Positions 20,098-31,372 of a stretch of 64,000 nucleotides of DNA are shown piece by piece (the stretch's first letter is position 1; the number at the start of each line of letters is the position of its first letter). The notes beneath the pieces were generated by a model. It searched no databases. It had not been told where the DNA came from and saw only the letters and a list, made by a program, of their open reading frames with translations. Made by a program: the position numbers and the translations under genes. The stretch is from the NCBI GenBank assembly GCA_963719315.1, contig CAVRBU010000002.1, forward strand, positions 320,001 to 384,000, given 5' to 3'. This DNA is from an uncultured Planctomycetota bacterium. GTDB lineage: Bacteria; Planctomycetota; Planctomycetia; Pirellulales; Lacipirellulaceae.

Positions 20098-22145
20098 GCC
20101 GCGCACGAGTTCACGAAGTCTCAAGCCCGATTTCGCTCTTTCCCTTCATTGGGATTTTGCTGTGCACGATGGGCGCCCTCCTAGTGGTGCTAGTCGCGGT
20201 GAGCCGTTCTGCGCGCGACTCTGCCGAGCAGCAGGTGCACGCCCAGCAGACTGCGGTCAAGGCGACCGTTGACGGCGGTATGCGGAAGAAACTTGCCGAC
20301 GTTCAACAATACGTCGGTGCCCTCGCTTCGATCCGCAGCGACGCGGAACGCAAGCTCCGCGACGAGCACGCCCGCCTCAGCCACGTTGAAGACCATATTC
20401 GCCGTTTGCAGGAGAAGATGCGTTCGTTGCAGATTGCCGCCACTGAACTCGAAGCGCTCGAAAAGGAACATTACGACGACCGCACACAAGCCGAACGCGA
20501 AACTGCGCGGCTCAATCAACTAATCGACGATTCGCGCAAATCGATCGAATCGCTCCAGGAGGCAGCCGACAAGGAACCTGCCTCGTACGCTCTCGTGCCG
20601 TATGAAGGGCCAAACGGCACATTCCGGCGTCCGATTTACGTCGAGTGCGTCAACGAAGGTGTCATTCTGCAACCTGAAGGCGTGCGAATCGCGGCCGACG
20701 ATCTCCGGCCGCCCATCGGCGCCGGTAATCCGCTCGCCGCAGCGCTGCGTGCCAGCCGCGATCATTATGTCAAGCTGCATCCCAACGAAGGTAAGGGCCG
20801 CGACACTGAGCCTTATCCGCTGCTGTTAGTCCGCTCCGACGGCCTCTATATGTTCGACCGCGCCCGGCAAGCGATCGAAGCGGGCGACTTCGATCTCGGT
20901 TTCGAGTTGGTCGAGGAAGACTGGAAACTAAAATACCCGCAGCCCGATCCGCAGCTTGCTGGGATCGAACAGATCGCCGTCGACCAGGCTCGAGCTCGCC
21001 AGGAAGTGCTCGCAGCCGCGGCGCCGCGCGCATATCGCGGCGGATCGTTCTCTTTCAACGATCGATACGGCGCCGACGACGACGATGCAGGTGGCAACTA
21101 CGCCGGAGGCGGCTACAGTGATGGTGGCGGCTATGCAGGTGGCGGCGGCGATGGCGAGGGCTCGAGCGGTGGTAACGGCGGAGGATTGCCCAGTGGCGGT
21201 ACGGGCCACGGCGGCTCCGGTCATGTCGGTTCGGGCGGAGGCGGCGGATCCCGAGGTGACAACTCATTCGCTTCCGGCGAAAGCCAAACATTCGGAGGTG
21301 GCACGAGCGGCGGTGGATCGGGTAGTGGTGAACTAAGCGGGAGCGTCAGTGGTAGCCCAAGCGGCGAATACATTGGCGGTGGAAACGTCGCCAGCGGCTC
21401 GGGAACACGCGGCAACGCAATTGTGGGCGGTGGAGGGCCCGGTGGTGAAGCATCGCAAACCGGTGCTGGCGGCAGCGAATATGCCGGCGGCCCAGGTGGT
21501 GGAGATCCGAGCGGCGGCAATGGCGGTTCCTCTAGCGGTGGCGCTGGTGGCGCCGGCGGCTCATTCTCTGGGAGCGGCGGAGGTGGAATGCCGATCGCCG
21601 CGATGACCGATCCAAACGCACCGCCCGATGCCAACGGCAATCCACAAAGCGTATCCATGATGATGGGCTCGCCGCCTCCCGACGGCGCTCCGAATTCAAG
21701 TTTCGATTCAAAAGGCCGGCGCGATAAAAACCACCCGATCCCGCCCGATAAACGTGGAAAAGACTGGGCATTTCGGCAAAAGTCGCAACGCGCCGTGGCG
21801 GTTCGTCGCACGATACGGGTCGTCGTCCGGAAAGATCAATTGGCCATTCTGCCCGACGGCGCGCCGAACACGTCGGAAGTTCCCGCCGGCAGAGTCGTTC
21901 CGTTCCGTGGAGACACGGTGCAGTCGCTCGATGAATTCGTCAAGCAGGTGCACGATCAAATCGACGGTTGGGGCATCGCTGGCAACGGATTGTATTGGCG
22001 GCCGGTCATCGTAATGACGGTCGGTGCCGACGGCAATCAACGGGCGAACGATCTCGCCCGACTACTCAAAAACAGCGGCCTGGACCTCCGCACCGACGAA
22101 ACCGCCAACAACGCGCCCCTCGGAGGAACTTATGAAACGCGTTGA
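20094..22145 (+). CDS. Single-pass membrane protein: ExbD-like N-terminal anchor, coiled coil, Gly/Ser-rich linker, C-terminal globular domain
   Basis: ISLFPFIGILLCTMGALLVVLV TM; heptad-rich region; about 170 aa Gly-rich; ATGA overlap with upstream gene. Confidence 0.8.
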   Translation: MSRARVHEVSSPISLFPFIGILLCTMGALLVVLVAVSRSARDSAEQQVHAQQTAVKATVDGGMRKKLADVQQYVGALASIRSDAERKLRDEHARLSHVEDHIRRLQEKMRSLQIAATELEALEKEHYDDRTQAERETARLNQLIDDSRKSIESLQEAADKEPASYALVPYEGPNGTFRRPIYVECVNEGVILQPEGVRIAADDLRPPIGAGNPLAAALRASRDHYVKLHPNEGKGRDTEPYPLLLVRSDGLYMFDRARQAIEAGDFDLGFELVEEDWKLKYPQPDPQLAGIEQIAVDQARARQEVLAAAAPRAYRGGSFSFNDRYGADDDDAGGNYAGGGYSDGGGYAGGGGDGEGSSGGNGGGLPSGGTGHGGSGHVGSGGGGGSRGDNSFASGESQTFGGGTSGGGSGSGELSGSVSGSPSGEYIGGGNVASGSGTRGNAIVGGGGPGGEASQTGAGGSEYAGGPGGGDPSGGNGGSSSGGAGGAGGSFSGSGGGGMPIAAMTDPNAPPDANGNPQSVSMMMGSPPPDGAPNSSFDSKGRRDKNHPIPPDKRGKDWAFRQKSQRAVAVRRTIRVVVRKDQLAILPDGAPNTSEVPAGRVVPFRGDTVQSLDEFVKQVHDQIDGWGIAGNGLYWRPVIVMTVGADGNQRANDLARLLKNSGLDLRTDETANNAPLGGTYETR

Positions 22146-23151
22146 ACTGGAAGCCGATCAAATGCCGGGGCAGGACTCCTTCCTCGACGTGATCACGAAT
22201 ATCGTTGGCATTCTTATCCTGCTCGTACTTGTGGTCGGTTTGCGTACGCAACATTCCGTCCGTGATGAACCGGACCTGCAGCAGGCCGAGAAAGAACGAA
22301 GCGAGAAAGATTATCGAACGGCCTACAATAACGCGCTGACGACGGAGCACAACGTGCGCGAACTGGTCCAGCGCGTGGGGAATGCCCGACATGAATCTGA
22401 GTTTCGCGAGGATGAGCGCGTCTGGCTCGGCACGACGGTCGCCGCCGCGGAGCAGGAAATCAATGATCGCCGTTCCAAGCTCAGCATCGAAGACCAACGG
22501 GATTTCGACCTCCGGCAAAAGCTCGCAACCGCCCAGGCAACACTCGACGATCTGACACGGCAACAAGTCGCGCTGCTTTCTCACGAACCGGCCGTGGAAG
22601 AGATCGAATGTCAACCAACGCCGGTCGCCAAGACCGTGACTGGCGCCGAAGTTCACGTGCTCTTGTCGGACGACCACGTCGCAATCGTTCCACTCGACGA
22701 GTTGCTCGAACAAATGAAGACCGATGCTCAGGCAAACATCTGGCGGCTGCGACAACAAAATGAAATGGAGCGCACGATCGGCCCGGTAGCCGGGTTTCGT
22801 CTGCGCTATTGCTTCGTCAAAGAAGACGTTATGGGGAAAAGCGAGGCTGGCACGTACATGACAGGGAGCGTGTGCCGATTTTCGCACTGCTATGCGCTTC
22901 CGGTTGTCTCGCCGGCCGGCGAACCGGCGAAGGAGGCCCTCGCGGCCAACTCGGAATTCTTCCGTCAGCTTCAGCGGCTTAGGCCTGAGGGGACGACGAT
23001 CACGATTTGGACCTACGCGGGAAACTTCGATCGGCTCCGGGAATTGAAGCGCGCAATTCGCCAGAAGGGATTTCAAATCGCCGTCCGGCCCCTTCCCAAG
23101 GGAATGCCCATCGGCGCTTCGCGCAACGGGAGCAACTCACTCAGCGAATAG
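22132..23151 (+). CDS. Single-pass membrane protein with ExbD/TolR-like acidic TM anchor and coiled coil
   Basis: GGAGG RBS, ATG 22132 overlapping the upstream gene end; DSFLDVITNIVGILILLVLVV. Confidence 0.8.
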   Translation: MKRVELEADQMPGQDSFLDVITNIVGILILLVLVVGLRTQHSVRDEPDLQQAEKERSEKDYRTAYNNALTTEHNVRELVQRVGNARHESEFREDERVWLGTTVAAAEQEINDRRSKLSIEDQRDFDLRQKLATAQATLDDLTRQQVALLSHEPAVEEIECQPTPVAKTVTGAEVHVLLSDDHVAIVPLDELLEQMKTDAQANIWRLRQQNEMERTIGPVAGFRLRYCFVKEDVMGKSEAGTYMTGSVCRFSHCYALPVVSPAGEPAKEALAANSEFFRQLQRLRPEGTTITIWTYAGNFDRLRELKRAIRQKGFQIAVRPLPKGMPIGASRNGSNSLSE

Positions 23152-23235
23152 CGATCGCGTCGTGACCAACGCGTGATAGTCCAGCTACACAAACCGCGAA
23201 AGCCGCAGGCGGCAACTCAATCAATTGACGGTATC

Positions 23236-23802
23236 TTAAGCCGCTTTATCGCTCGCCTTCTGTGGGCTACGCACTCCGTGCAGGAGCAGTAGGCAAGCGC
23301 CTAGGACTAGCATCGAATCGGCTATGTTGAAATTTGGCCATCGCCACCGATCGTTCGCCTGCCAAAGAATCCAATCGCGAACCGCGTGCACGGCTTCTGG
23401 GGCATTCAACATTGGCCCGGCCCAGTCCTCGTTCGAAAGGCCTAGCCGATCAAACAGATTTCCAAGCACACCAGCCATGACGCAGCCGAGCGCAAACGTC
23501 AGCCAGACATCGCAAGCCGCGCGAAACACGAACAGCCAGGTTGGAATAGCGAGCATTGCCAGAATGCTCAGTGTAGCAAACAGCCAGACCTTGCCCTGCC
23601 CCATGCCAAAGAGAGCGCCCCAATTTCGGCTCAATTGAACGCCGATATGCCCGTCCCAAAGCCAAGCGATCTCGCCGGCCCGCAGCGCGGGCACAGAAAA
23701 AACCCAGGCCTTCGTCACCAGATCGGCCGCGCAACCAACCGCAGCCAATGTGATAAACACGACGTACCGACTGAACGGCACGCGCTCCGTCGCGTCGATC
23801 AT
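23236..23802 (-). CDS. lspA: Lipoprotein signal peptidase II
   Basis: DLVTK, NWGALFG, GNLFDR, VRDWI, WPNFNIADS. Confidence 0.95.
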   Translation of the reverse strand: MIDATERVPFSRYVVFITLAAVGCAADLVTKAWVFSVPALRAGEIAWLWDGHIGVQLSRNWGALFGMGQGKVWLFATLSILAMLAIPTWLFVFRAACDVWLTFALGCVMAGVLGNLFDRLGLSNEDWAGPMLNAPEAVHAVRDWILWQANDRWRWPNFNIADSMLVLGACLLLLHGVRSPQKASDKAA

Positions 23803-23887
23803 TGAAAGCCTCTCCGAGGCAAGGTTGCGTACTCTACGACGAACTGGATCGCTTCGAAGATTCGCTTCTTAGAAATGATTGGTCCGT

Positions 23888-24316
23888 CTAAATGGCGCCG
23901 TTGCCGAAGCCGTTATTCTCTTGCAATTCCGCGCATTTGATGCAAACGGGCGTGTAGGGAATCGCGTTTAGCCGGGCCTTGGAAATCACTCCGTCGCATT
24001 GAATACACTTCCCGAAGGTGCCGTCCTGAATGCGCTCCAATGCCGAGTCGATCGAGCCGAGAGTACCCTCATCCGCCTCCAACAGGCCGAGTGTAAACTC
24101 CTGCTCGAAATTGTCACTGCCAAGTTCGGCCATGTGGATCGGCATGGCGTTGCTGTCGCTGCCTTCAATGCCCGATTTTCGCAGAGCAACTTCGGCCATC
24201 GCGGTCACATCGCCGCGCAAGCGCGCGCGAATGAGGTGAAGCTTTTCCTTGAACGCACTCATTTCCGACTTCTTCATGTGGTTTCTCCAAGGCGCTTGAT
24301 CACTTCGTCGGGCCAT
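23888..24316 (-). CDS. TraR/DksA C4-type zinc-finger protein
   Basis: Coiled coil, ALERIQDGTFGKCIQC...RLNAIPYTPVCIKCA; start may be 24277. Confidence 0.92.
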   Translation of the reverse strand: MARRSDQAPWRNHMKKSEMSAFKEKLHLIRARLRGDVTAMAEVALRKSGIEGSDSNAMPIHMAELGSDNFEQEFTLGLLEADEGTLGSIDSALERIQDGTFGKCIQCDGVISKARLNAIPYTPVCIKCAELQENNGFGNGAI

Positions 24317-24593
24317 GCCATCAAAGCCAACGAAGATTCGTTATTCTATGCCGAATTCCGAGAGGTGTCTAGCGGATGGATTCGAACCAAGCACGCCAAC
24401 ACGCCAGTCCTATTGGTTGCGAGGACACGGGCTGCGCGGTAAACTGGTATTTAAGTCGTTCGCCGAATTATGGCGTTGATTTCGCAGGAAAACATTGTTG
24501 CGAACGATCAATCTTGAGTCGCGACGGGCAGGGTGCGCGCCGCCGCAATCGCGTCGCAGACCTCAGCGCGTTGGCGACCCAGAGGATACTGCG

Positions 24594-26009
<1,416 letters not shown>

Positions 26010-26094
26010 TAGTCGCAGATACTCTCCGCATGCCTTGGCATTTTCTGCTGTCGAACGGCAAGCGGAGCATGTCTGCTACCTGGGGACACTGCAA

Positions 26095-26884
26095 ATGAAA
26101 CTCGCCATCCACGGTGCGGCCGGTCGCATGGGCCAGCGGGTCACCGCCCTGGCCGAGAAGGATCCGCGCTTTAAGGTTGTTGCCGCATTAGAGTCTGCCA
26201 ACCATCCGCTGCTCGGCATAGATGCCGGGCTTATCGCCGGCATCGGCGAAATCGGCGTTCCGTTGGGCGTGGTTGGCGAATCGAAGTGCCGACGTCGTAA
26301 TCGACTTCTCGGTGCCCGACGCAGCCGTCGCCGTCGTAGCCCATTGCGTCGAGTTTAAAAGGCCCGTTGTCGTCGCCACGACCGGTCTGGACAGCGAGCA
26401 GCAGGCTTACATCGCCAAAGCGGCGAAGACGATTCCGATTGTTTGGTCTCCCAGCATGAGCACCGCCGTCAACGTGGCGATGAAACTCACCGAAATCGCC
26501 GCGAAGGCGCTCCGCGAGCTTCCCACCGGCGTCGATGTCGAAATCATCGAGTGTCACCATCGCTTCAAAGAAGATGCGCCCAGCGGCACCGCTTTGAAGT
26601 TCGGCAAGATCGCAGCCGACGCGATGGAGATTACGGAACACACCCATGGCCGCTCCGGCCGCCCTGGGCAGCGCTCGCGTAACGAAATCGGCTACCACGC
26701 CATTCGAGCCGGCGACAATCCGGGAGAGCACACCATCCTGTTCGGCATGCTCGGCGAGAAGCTGGAACTCCACGTCGCCGCCACCAACCGCGATTGCTAC
26801 GCCCAAGGCGCGCTGCTCGCCGCCGAATGGCTCATAAAGAAGCCGCCAGGCCTTTATGGCATGAGTGATGTGTTGGGATTGTAA
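26095..26884 (+). CDS. dapB: 4-hydroxy-tetrahydrodipicolinate reductase (apparent 1-nt insertion near 26284)
   Basis: GAAGRMG in one frame; DVVIDFS, ATTG, ECHHRFKEDAPSGTAL, GEHTILF in the next. Confidence 0.93.
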
Positions 26885-26886
26885 TC

Positions 26887-27005
26887 GTCGAGGGCTAATG
26901 GTCGAGTGACGAGGGCCAGAAGGAAATCGTGTTGTCGGATTTCAAACAGCGCTCGCCGCTTCACTTGTGCTTCCGTTTCTAGACTCTCGACCCTCAACCC
27001 TTGAC
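26887..27005. repeat. Heptamer-periodic inverted-arm element (GTCGAGG type)
   Basis: GTCGAGG GCTAATG GTCGAGT GACGAGG GCCAGA ... TCTAGAC TCTCGAC CCTCAAC CCTTGAC; same family as 12686-12753. Confidence 0.7.
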
Positions 27006-27012
27006 CTTCCCC

Positions 27013-27390
27013 ATGGCCAAATGCGACGAAGGCTACCTTTGCGATATATGTGGCCAGGATGTGGCCGAGCTTACCGATAGTGATCTCTACTTGCGATACA
27101 TCGTGGGTGTGCTTGATCCCGAGGTGTTGCACACGACGAGCGAGCGGCACATCCGCTGCAACCCTACGCTCGCCCAGTACATCGTCTGCGACGATTTCGA
27201 ACCAGTTGTCGTCGAAGGCCCATTCGACAAGCGCCAGCTCGACCCGGCGTTTGTACAGGAACGCGAACGTCTAATATCGCGCGGCTGGAAACGTCTCAAA
27301 GAAGTTACCGCTCTCGGCATTCCCATCATCGAATATCCGCTGCCGGAAGTGCTCGAGAGGATCAAAAGCCGCTCGGTCGGCCCAATGTAG
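27013..27390 (+). CDS. Hypothetical protein, possible metal-binding Cys/His motif
   Basis: MAKCDEGYLCDICG...HIRC; good codon usage. Confidence 0.78.
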   Translation: MAKCDEGYLCDICGQDVAELTDSDLYLRYIVGVLDPEVLHTTSERHIRCNPTLAQYIVCDDFEPVVVEGPFDKRQLDPAFVQERERLISRGWKRLKEVTALGIPIIEYPLPEVLERIKSRSVGPM

Positions 27391-27447
27391 ACGTGCCGAC
27401 TGAATGATCTTGTGACTACGGTCCCGCCTCGGTCATAATTCCCGGCA

Positions 27448-28845
27448 ATGACCGGACCTACCACCAGAAAGTCGCGAGTGCAGCCATCAACTCCGGCAAA
27501 CGCGGAAGAGAGTCGGCGGGACTATCAAAGCGAGGCCCCCGGTAACCTGCATGAGCACCTACCCCCGCTCTATCGCGACTCAAGTTTCTGGGGCATGGCC
27601 GTCACGCAGTTTCTTGGCGCATTTAATGACAACGTCTTCAAGCAATTGATTTTGCTGCTGGCCACGCCGACGGTCGCCCAAGTTGCCGCCGGCAATGCCG
27701 AAGACTTGCAGTCCGAAGCGCAGTATGTATTTGCGGCGTCTTTCTTGATCTTTTCCGGCTTTGCCGGTTACCTATCGGATCGCTTCAGCAAGCGACCGAT
27801 CGTAATTCTGTCCAAGGTGGCCGAAATCGTCTGCATGCTGCTCGGTATGATCGGCTTTTACTATTACGGCATCATCGGACTTCCCGGAATGTTTTGCGTT
27901 CTGTTCTTGATGGGCACGCAAAGCGCGTTCTTCGGCCCGTCGAAATACGGCATCCTGCCCGAGATGCTCCGGCCGGCTGACTTGCCCCGCGCCAATGGCA
28001 TCTTCCTGATGCTGACGTTTCTCGCCATCATCTTCGGAATGGCGCTTGCTGGTGGGCTGAAAGTACTGCTCGGTGATCGACTGTGGATCGCCTCGCTCGC
28101 CTGCGTGGGAATCGCAATCCTTGGAACGATCACGTCGCTGTGGGTCCGCCGCGTGCCGCCCGCTCAGCCCGACCTCGAATACCGCTGGTCGTGCTGGATG
28201 ATTTCCAAGGACACGCTCGCCTTGTTGAAGAAGGATCGGCAACTCCTGTGGGCCATCGTCGTGGTCGCCATCTTTTGGCTCGTCGGCGGAATGGTGTTGC
28301 AAACTGTAAACGCACTGGGGAAATCGCAGCTCGGAATTGATGAGCTCCGCACCAGCCTTTTGGCGGCATCGATCGGCGTCGGCACGGCAATCGGCTGCAT
28401 TCTGGGCGGCTACCTGTCGCACGGTCGCGTGAATCGCTCCGTCGTGGTCGGCGGCGCCGCGGGCACCGTGGCCATGCTCGCCCTCATGTGCCTCCCCGGC
28501 GGCGAGCACCACCACTTGCTCGGCTTCTACGGCAGTATCCCCGTGCTGATCCTTCTGGGGCTGTTCAGCGGCATGTTCATTGTGCCGGTGCAAGTCGCTC
28601 TACAATCGCGCCCGCCTCGCGAAGAGAAAGGCAGGATGATCGCCACCATGAACCAGTTGAGCTGGGTCGGCGTGATCCTGGGCGCCTTGATCTACGAGGC
28701 CTGCCTCACCGGCCTGAAATACACGGGAGGGCCGCGCAGTCTGATCTTTGGCGCAACTGCGTTATTGATGCTACCGGTGGCGCTCCTCTATCGGCCGAGC
28801 GACGAGAAACTGGCAGACGATGCGGTCGAAGCGCCGCTCTATTGA
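27448..28845 (+). CDS. MFS transporter, LplT/Aas-like
   Basis: TQFLGAFNDNVFK, GYLSDRFSKR, QSAFFGPSKYGILPE; about 12 hydrophobic segments. Confidence 0.9.
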   Translation: MTGPTTRKSRVQPSTPANAEESRRDYQSEAPGNLHEHLPPLYRDSSFWGMAVTQFLGAFNDNVFKQLILLLATPTVAQVAAGNAEDLQSEAQYVFAASFLIFSGFAGYLSDRFSKRPIVILSKVAEIVCMLLGMIGFYYYGIIGLPGMFCVLFLMGTQSAFFGPSKYGILPEMLRPADLPRANGIFLMLTFLAIIFGMALAGGLKVLLGDRLWIASLACVGIAILGTITSLWVRRVPPAQPDLEYRWSCWMISKDTLALLKKDRQLLWAIVVVAIFWLVGGMVLQTVNALGKSQLGIDELRTSLLAASIGVGTAIGCILGGYLSHGRVNRSVVVGGAAGTVAMLALMCLPGGEHHHLLGFYGSIPVLILLGLFSGMFIVPVQVALQSRPPREEKGRMIATMNQLSWVGVILGALIYEACLTGLKYTGGPRSLIFGATALLMLPVALLYRPSDEKLADDAVEAPLY

Positions 28846-29249
28846 ACCGTGGCCGCCTCGGCTGCCTGCGGCTTAGTGCCGTCAACCGCAGTTCCTTCTC
28901 GCTTCAAAGTCGAGTGATTAAACTGATGATCCACCAATGCCGCCACCGCGGCCGTGGAATCGAACTGCCCCGGATCAACCGCCACCGTTGCCGTCTTCGA
29001 ATCGAAATCGACGATCACGTCCTTCGCCCCTGGCTGCTCCGACAAAATCTCCTTCACCTTCACGCCGCAACCTTCGGGACACATCATATCCGGCACGCTG
29101 AAGGCGACTGTCGGCGCGCCGGTGACGTTAAACGCTGCTGCCCCGACATTGGAAGTGGGCACAACCGAAACATTGGTGCTATCGGTCGAGCATCCCGCCA
29201 ATGCACTCATGAAACAAACCAAGCAGGTCAGTCGTACGATCAAGGTCAT
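28839..29249 (-). CDS. Lipoprotein with heavy-metal-associated (HMA) domain
   Basis: Lipobox ALAGC; VPDMMCPEGC metal motif; VDFDSKTATV. Confidence 0.82.
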   Translation of the reverse strand: MTLIVRLTCLVCFMSALAGCSTDSTNVSVVPTSNVGAAAFNVTGAPTVAFSVPDMMCPEGCGVKVKEILSEQPGAKDVIVDFDSKTATVAVDPGQFDSTAAVAALVDHQFNHSTLKREGTAVDGTKPQAAEAATVQ

Positions 29250-29261
29250 TGTATTACTCCG

Positions 29262-29649
29262 CTATTCTAGGGACATCTCCGCGAGCCTTCGTTCTAACTC
29301 AGCCGCAACGCCAAGAACATCGGCCCAGCGGCGCATGTATTGTAGGTCGATCTGGCCCTGCATGAAAAGCACATCTGTCACGTCACCCAGGTCGCGTGGC
29401 CGCCCAGCCAAAAGCTTCAGTAATACTAGATCCTCAGGGCTGACGAGCCAAATCGTGCGGTTTTCCACCTCCACTTCGCGTCGGCGTTTTATTACCTCCT
29501 TGAGGAACTCCGATTCCGCCAGGAATGTCGTAAGTTGGACGCGGGACCGCGTACGCCCGAACCGCAATGCCACCCATGACGGCATACGGGATCGAGAGCT
29601 TGCCAAGTAACCCGATCAACGCGTGCAACGTTTCGGCAAGGTTCGACAT
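29262..29649 (-). pseudogene. Nucleotidyltransferase-fold protein gene with internal deletion/frameshift
   Basis: N-part YAVMGGIAV...PRPTYDI ends at about 29525; C-part FLAESEF...SPEDLVLLKLLAGRPRDLGD is in another frame; the middle appears to be missing. Confidence 0.7.
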
Positions 29650-29650
29650 A

Positions 29651-29860
29651 TTACCCGCGTCGCGTCCGTGCGATCCCCTCTAATATCCGTTGATTGCGTT
29701 CATCGTTCTGTCGGCGGAGCAATTCAAACCGACGACGAACTTGTTCTGGAGTTCCCGCGAACAGGTACGGCTCCGCCTCAGCGGTCAACTTGAAGGTGAG
29801 CGCAAGTCTTTGCCCCGGCGTCATCTGGCGGTATTCTTCAAGTGTTTCGCGGCTAAGCAT
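29651..29860 (-). CDS. Small helical protein, probable partner/antitoxin of the nucleotidyltransferase
   Basis: YRQMTPGQRLAL; stop is 1 nt from the next start. Confidence 0.7.
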   Translation of the reverse strand: MLSRETLEEYRQMTPGQRLALTFKLTAEAEPYLFAGTPEQVRRRFELLRRQNDERNQRILEGIARTRRG

Positions 29861-29881
29861 CAGGGAGTTCCCTTAACGGAT

Positions 29882-30112
29882 TCAACTCGGAATCTCCGCA
29901 GTCATGATCGTCTCGTTACTGAGTGACTGTGCAGCGAAATGAAGCGCTTCCTTCACGTCTTCAGCCGTCAACTGCGGATACGATTTGACGATATCATCGC
30001 GGTGAGCACCAGATGCAATCCACTCGAGGATCATCTCAACGCTGATCCGCGTGCCCTTGACACAAGGCTTGCCGCCGAGAATTGCCGGATCGGTAACAAT
30101 ATGAGTAAACAT
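29882..30112 (-). CDS. DUF433 antitoxin-like protein
   Basis: DPAILGGKPCVKGTRISV...YPQLTAEDVKEAL. Confidence 0.9.
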   Translation of the reverse strand: MFTHIVTDPAILGGKPCVKGTRISVEMILEWIASGAHRDDIVKSYPQLTAEDVKEALHFAAQSLSNETIMTAEIPS

Positions 30113-30199
30113 GAATTGATCCTCCACGGCAATTATAGCAGGTAGCCGGTCATATCGATCAACTTGCTTTTACGCGACACAACGCGAGCGTCGAAATCA

Positions 30200-30365
30200 T
30201 TACCAAAACCAATGCTTTCGCATGTGCCCCAGGAACTTTGGCTCGATTGGATACCCAGAATTTGAGCCAATCATCGAATCAACGCTACACTTCGCGCAGA
30301 GGGCCGTTTGGCCAATTCCGTCAGTTGTGTCGACCCACATTGTGATTTCGCTTGGTGGAACAACC
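30200..30365 (-). pseudogene. Probable 3' remnant of a small Cys-containing hypothetical protein gene
   Basis: EITMWVD...GQTALCAKCSVDSMIG...FLGHMRKHWF looks protein-like, but there is no convincing N-terminal half. Confidence 0.45.
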
Positions 30366-30431
30366 GCGAGGCCAAGTCGCTTGCCAGAATCTCCTCGCAA
30401 TGCCGAATCGCGTATCGGTATGTGTCTTCCG

Positions 30432-31253
30432 TCATCGGTGTTGGCCACGTGCGGTCACGAAGTCATTAGCTGGGAAAGCCTTCTTGCATGTAACCACAAA
30501 CTCGTTTGCGCGATCCATTGTCTGTCGATTTATCGCCCATGCTTCCTTGCTACGGTCGCGCGCTTCGTTGAATTGGCCGCCGGCGATAATGACCAGCGCG
30601 ATCTCGGACGATACTGGAAAACTGACCAATCGCACGTCTTGCTCTCGGCACATATATACCGGTCTGTCGCTCGTTACAAACGGTTGGTCCCTCGTGGTTC
30701 GAACCACGCACCATTCCCATTCCAGCAATTGATTCTGGAGGTTTACAGACCAAAACAACAAGGCGCCGAAGGTGCTTGGCTTGAGGAACTCGTCGTGAGA
30801 ACTCGGATTGTATGGCCGTCCGGCCAATTCACACCACAAATTGACTAACCGGTTAAGGTTGTCGCGGTCGGCGGACGTGAGTTTCTCGATATGAGCGGTT
30901 ACTACTTCATTCATCATTTCAGGCGAACGAGCAGCGGTGAGTGCAACGAAAAGCGCCACAGCGGAACGCTCGCCGTCGTCCAGAGATTCTCCTGTTGCAA
31001 GCTTTTTCAATGCAGGAGCAGCAGGGTCTTCGACTTGTTTGCTCAGGAGCTTTTCAAAGCTATCCGTTCGAATACCCACCACATCGAATAATGAGTAAAG
31101 ATGCGGAAACCATCCGAATCCCTTAGGCGTCCGGCTTTCCCAGCGCTGTTTTCGTAAATCGTAAAAGCATAAGTTGTCCGAAAACATCGGCTCTGCGAAG
31201 TTCCGCAAATAGAATTGAGCTATGAAATGACTTCGTCTTGTTGTCTTGGGCAT
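30432..31253 (-). CDS. DUF4238 domain protein
   Basis: N-terminal HFIAQFYLRNF and later FVTSDRPV...FPVSSEIAL motifs; lower GC than flanks. Confidence 0.8.
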   Translation of the reverse strand: MPKTTRRSHFIAQFYLRNFAEPMFSDNLCFYDLRKQRWESRTPKGFGWFPHLYSLFDVVGIRTDSFEKLLSKQVEDPAAPALKKLATGESLDDGERSAVALFVALTAARSPEMMNEVVTAHIEKLTSADRDNLNRLVNLWCELAGRPYNPSSHDEFLKPSTFGALLFWSVNLQNQLLEWEWCVVRTTRDQPFVTSDRPVYMCREQDVRLVSFPVSSEIALVIIAGGQFNEARDRSKEAWAINRQTMDRANEFVVTCKKAFPANDFVTARGQHR

Positions 31254-31372
31254 TGCCACATTTAGTTGACACATTGGTATCGACCAAAGTTTATCAATAG
31301 ACAGCCTACGCTTACAAAGGTTCGGAGCGGTCGGAGTTCGCTTTCAGCCCACAATGGCTAATCCATTTCCGA

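Noticed and set aside
21090..21590. Collagen-like domain or minus-strand Pro-rich gene (21221-21811)
   Set aside because: No strict Gly-X-Y period; the Pro-rich ORF is the antisense shadow of the Gly-rich linker.
18264..23151. Calling the motor operon a Zorya defence system
   Set aside because: No OmpA-like ZorB domain and no zorC/D/E-like neighbours are recognisable; only the long tail is similar.
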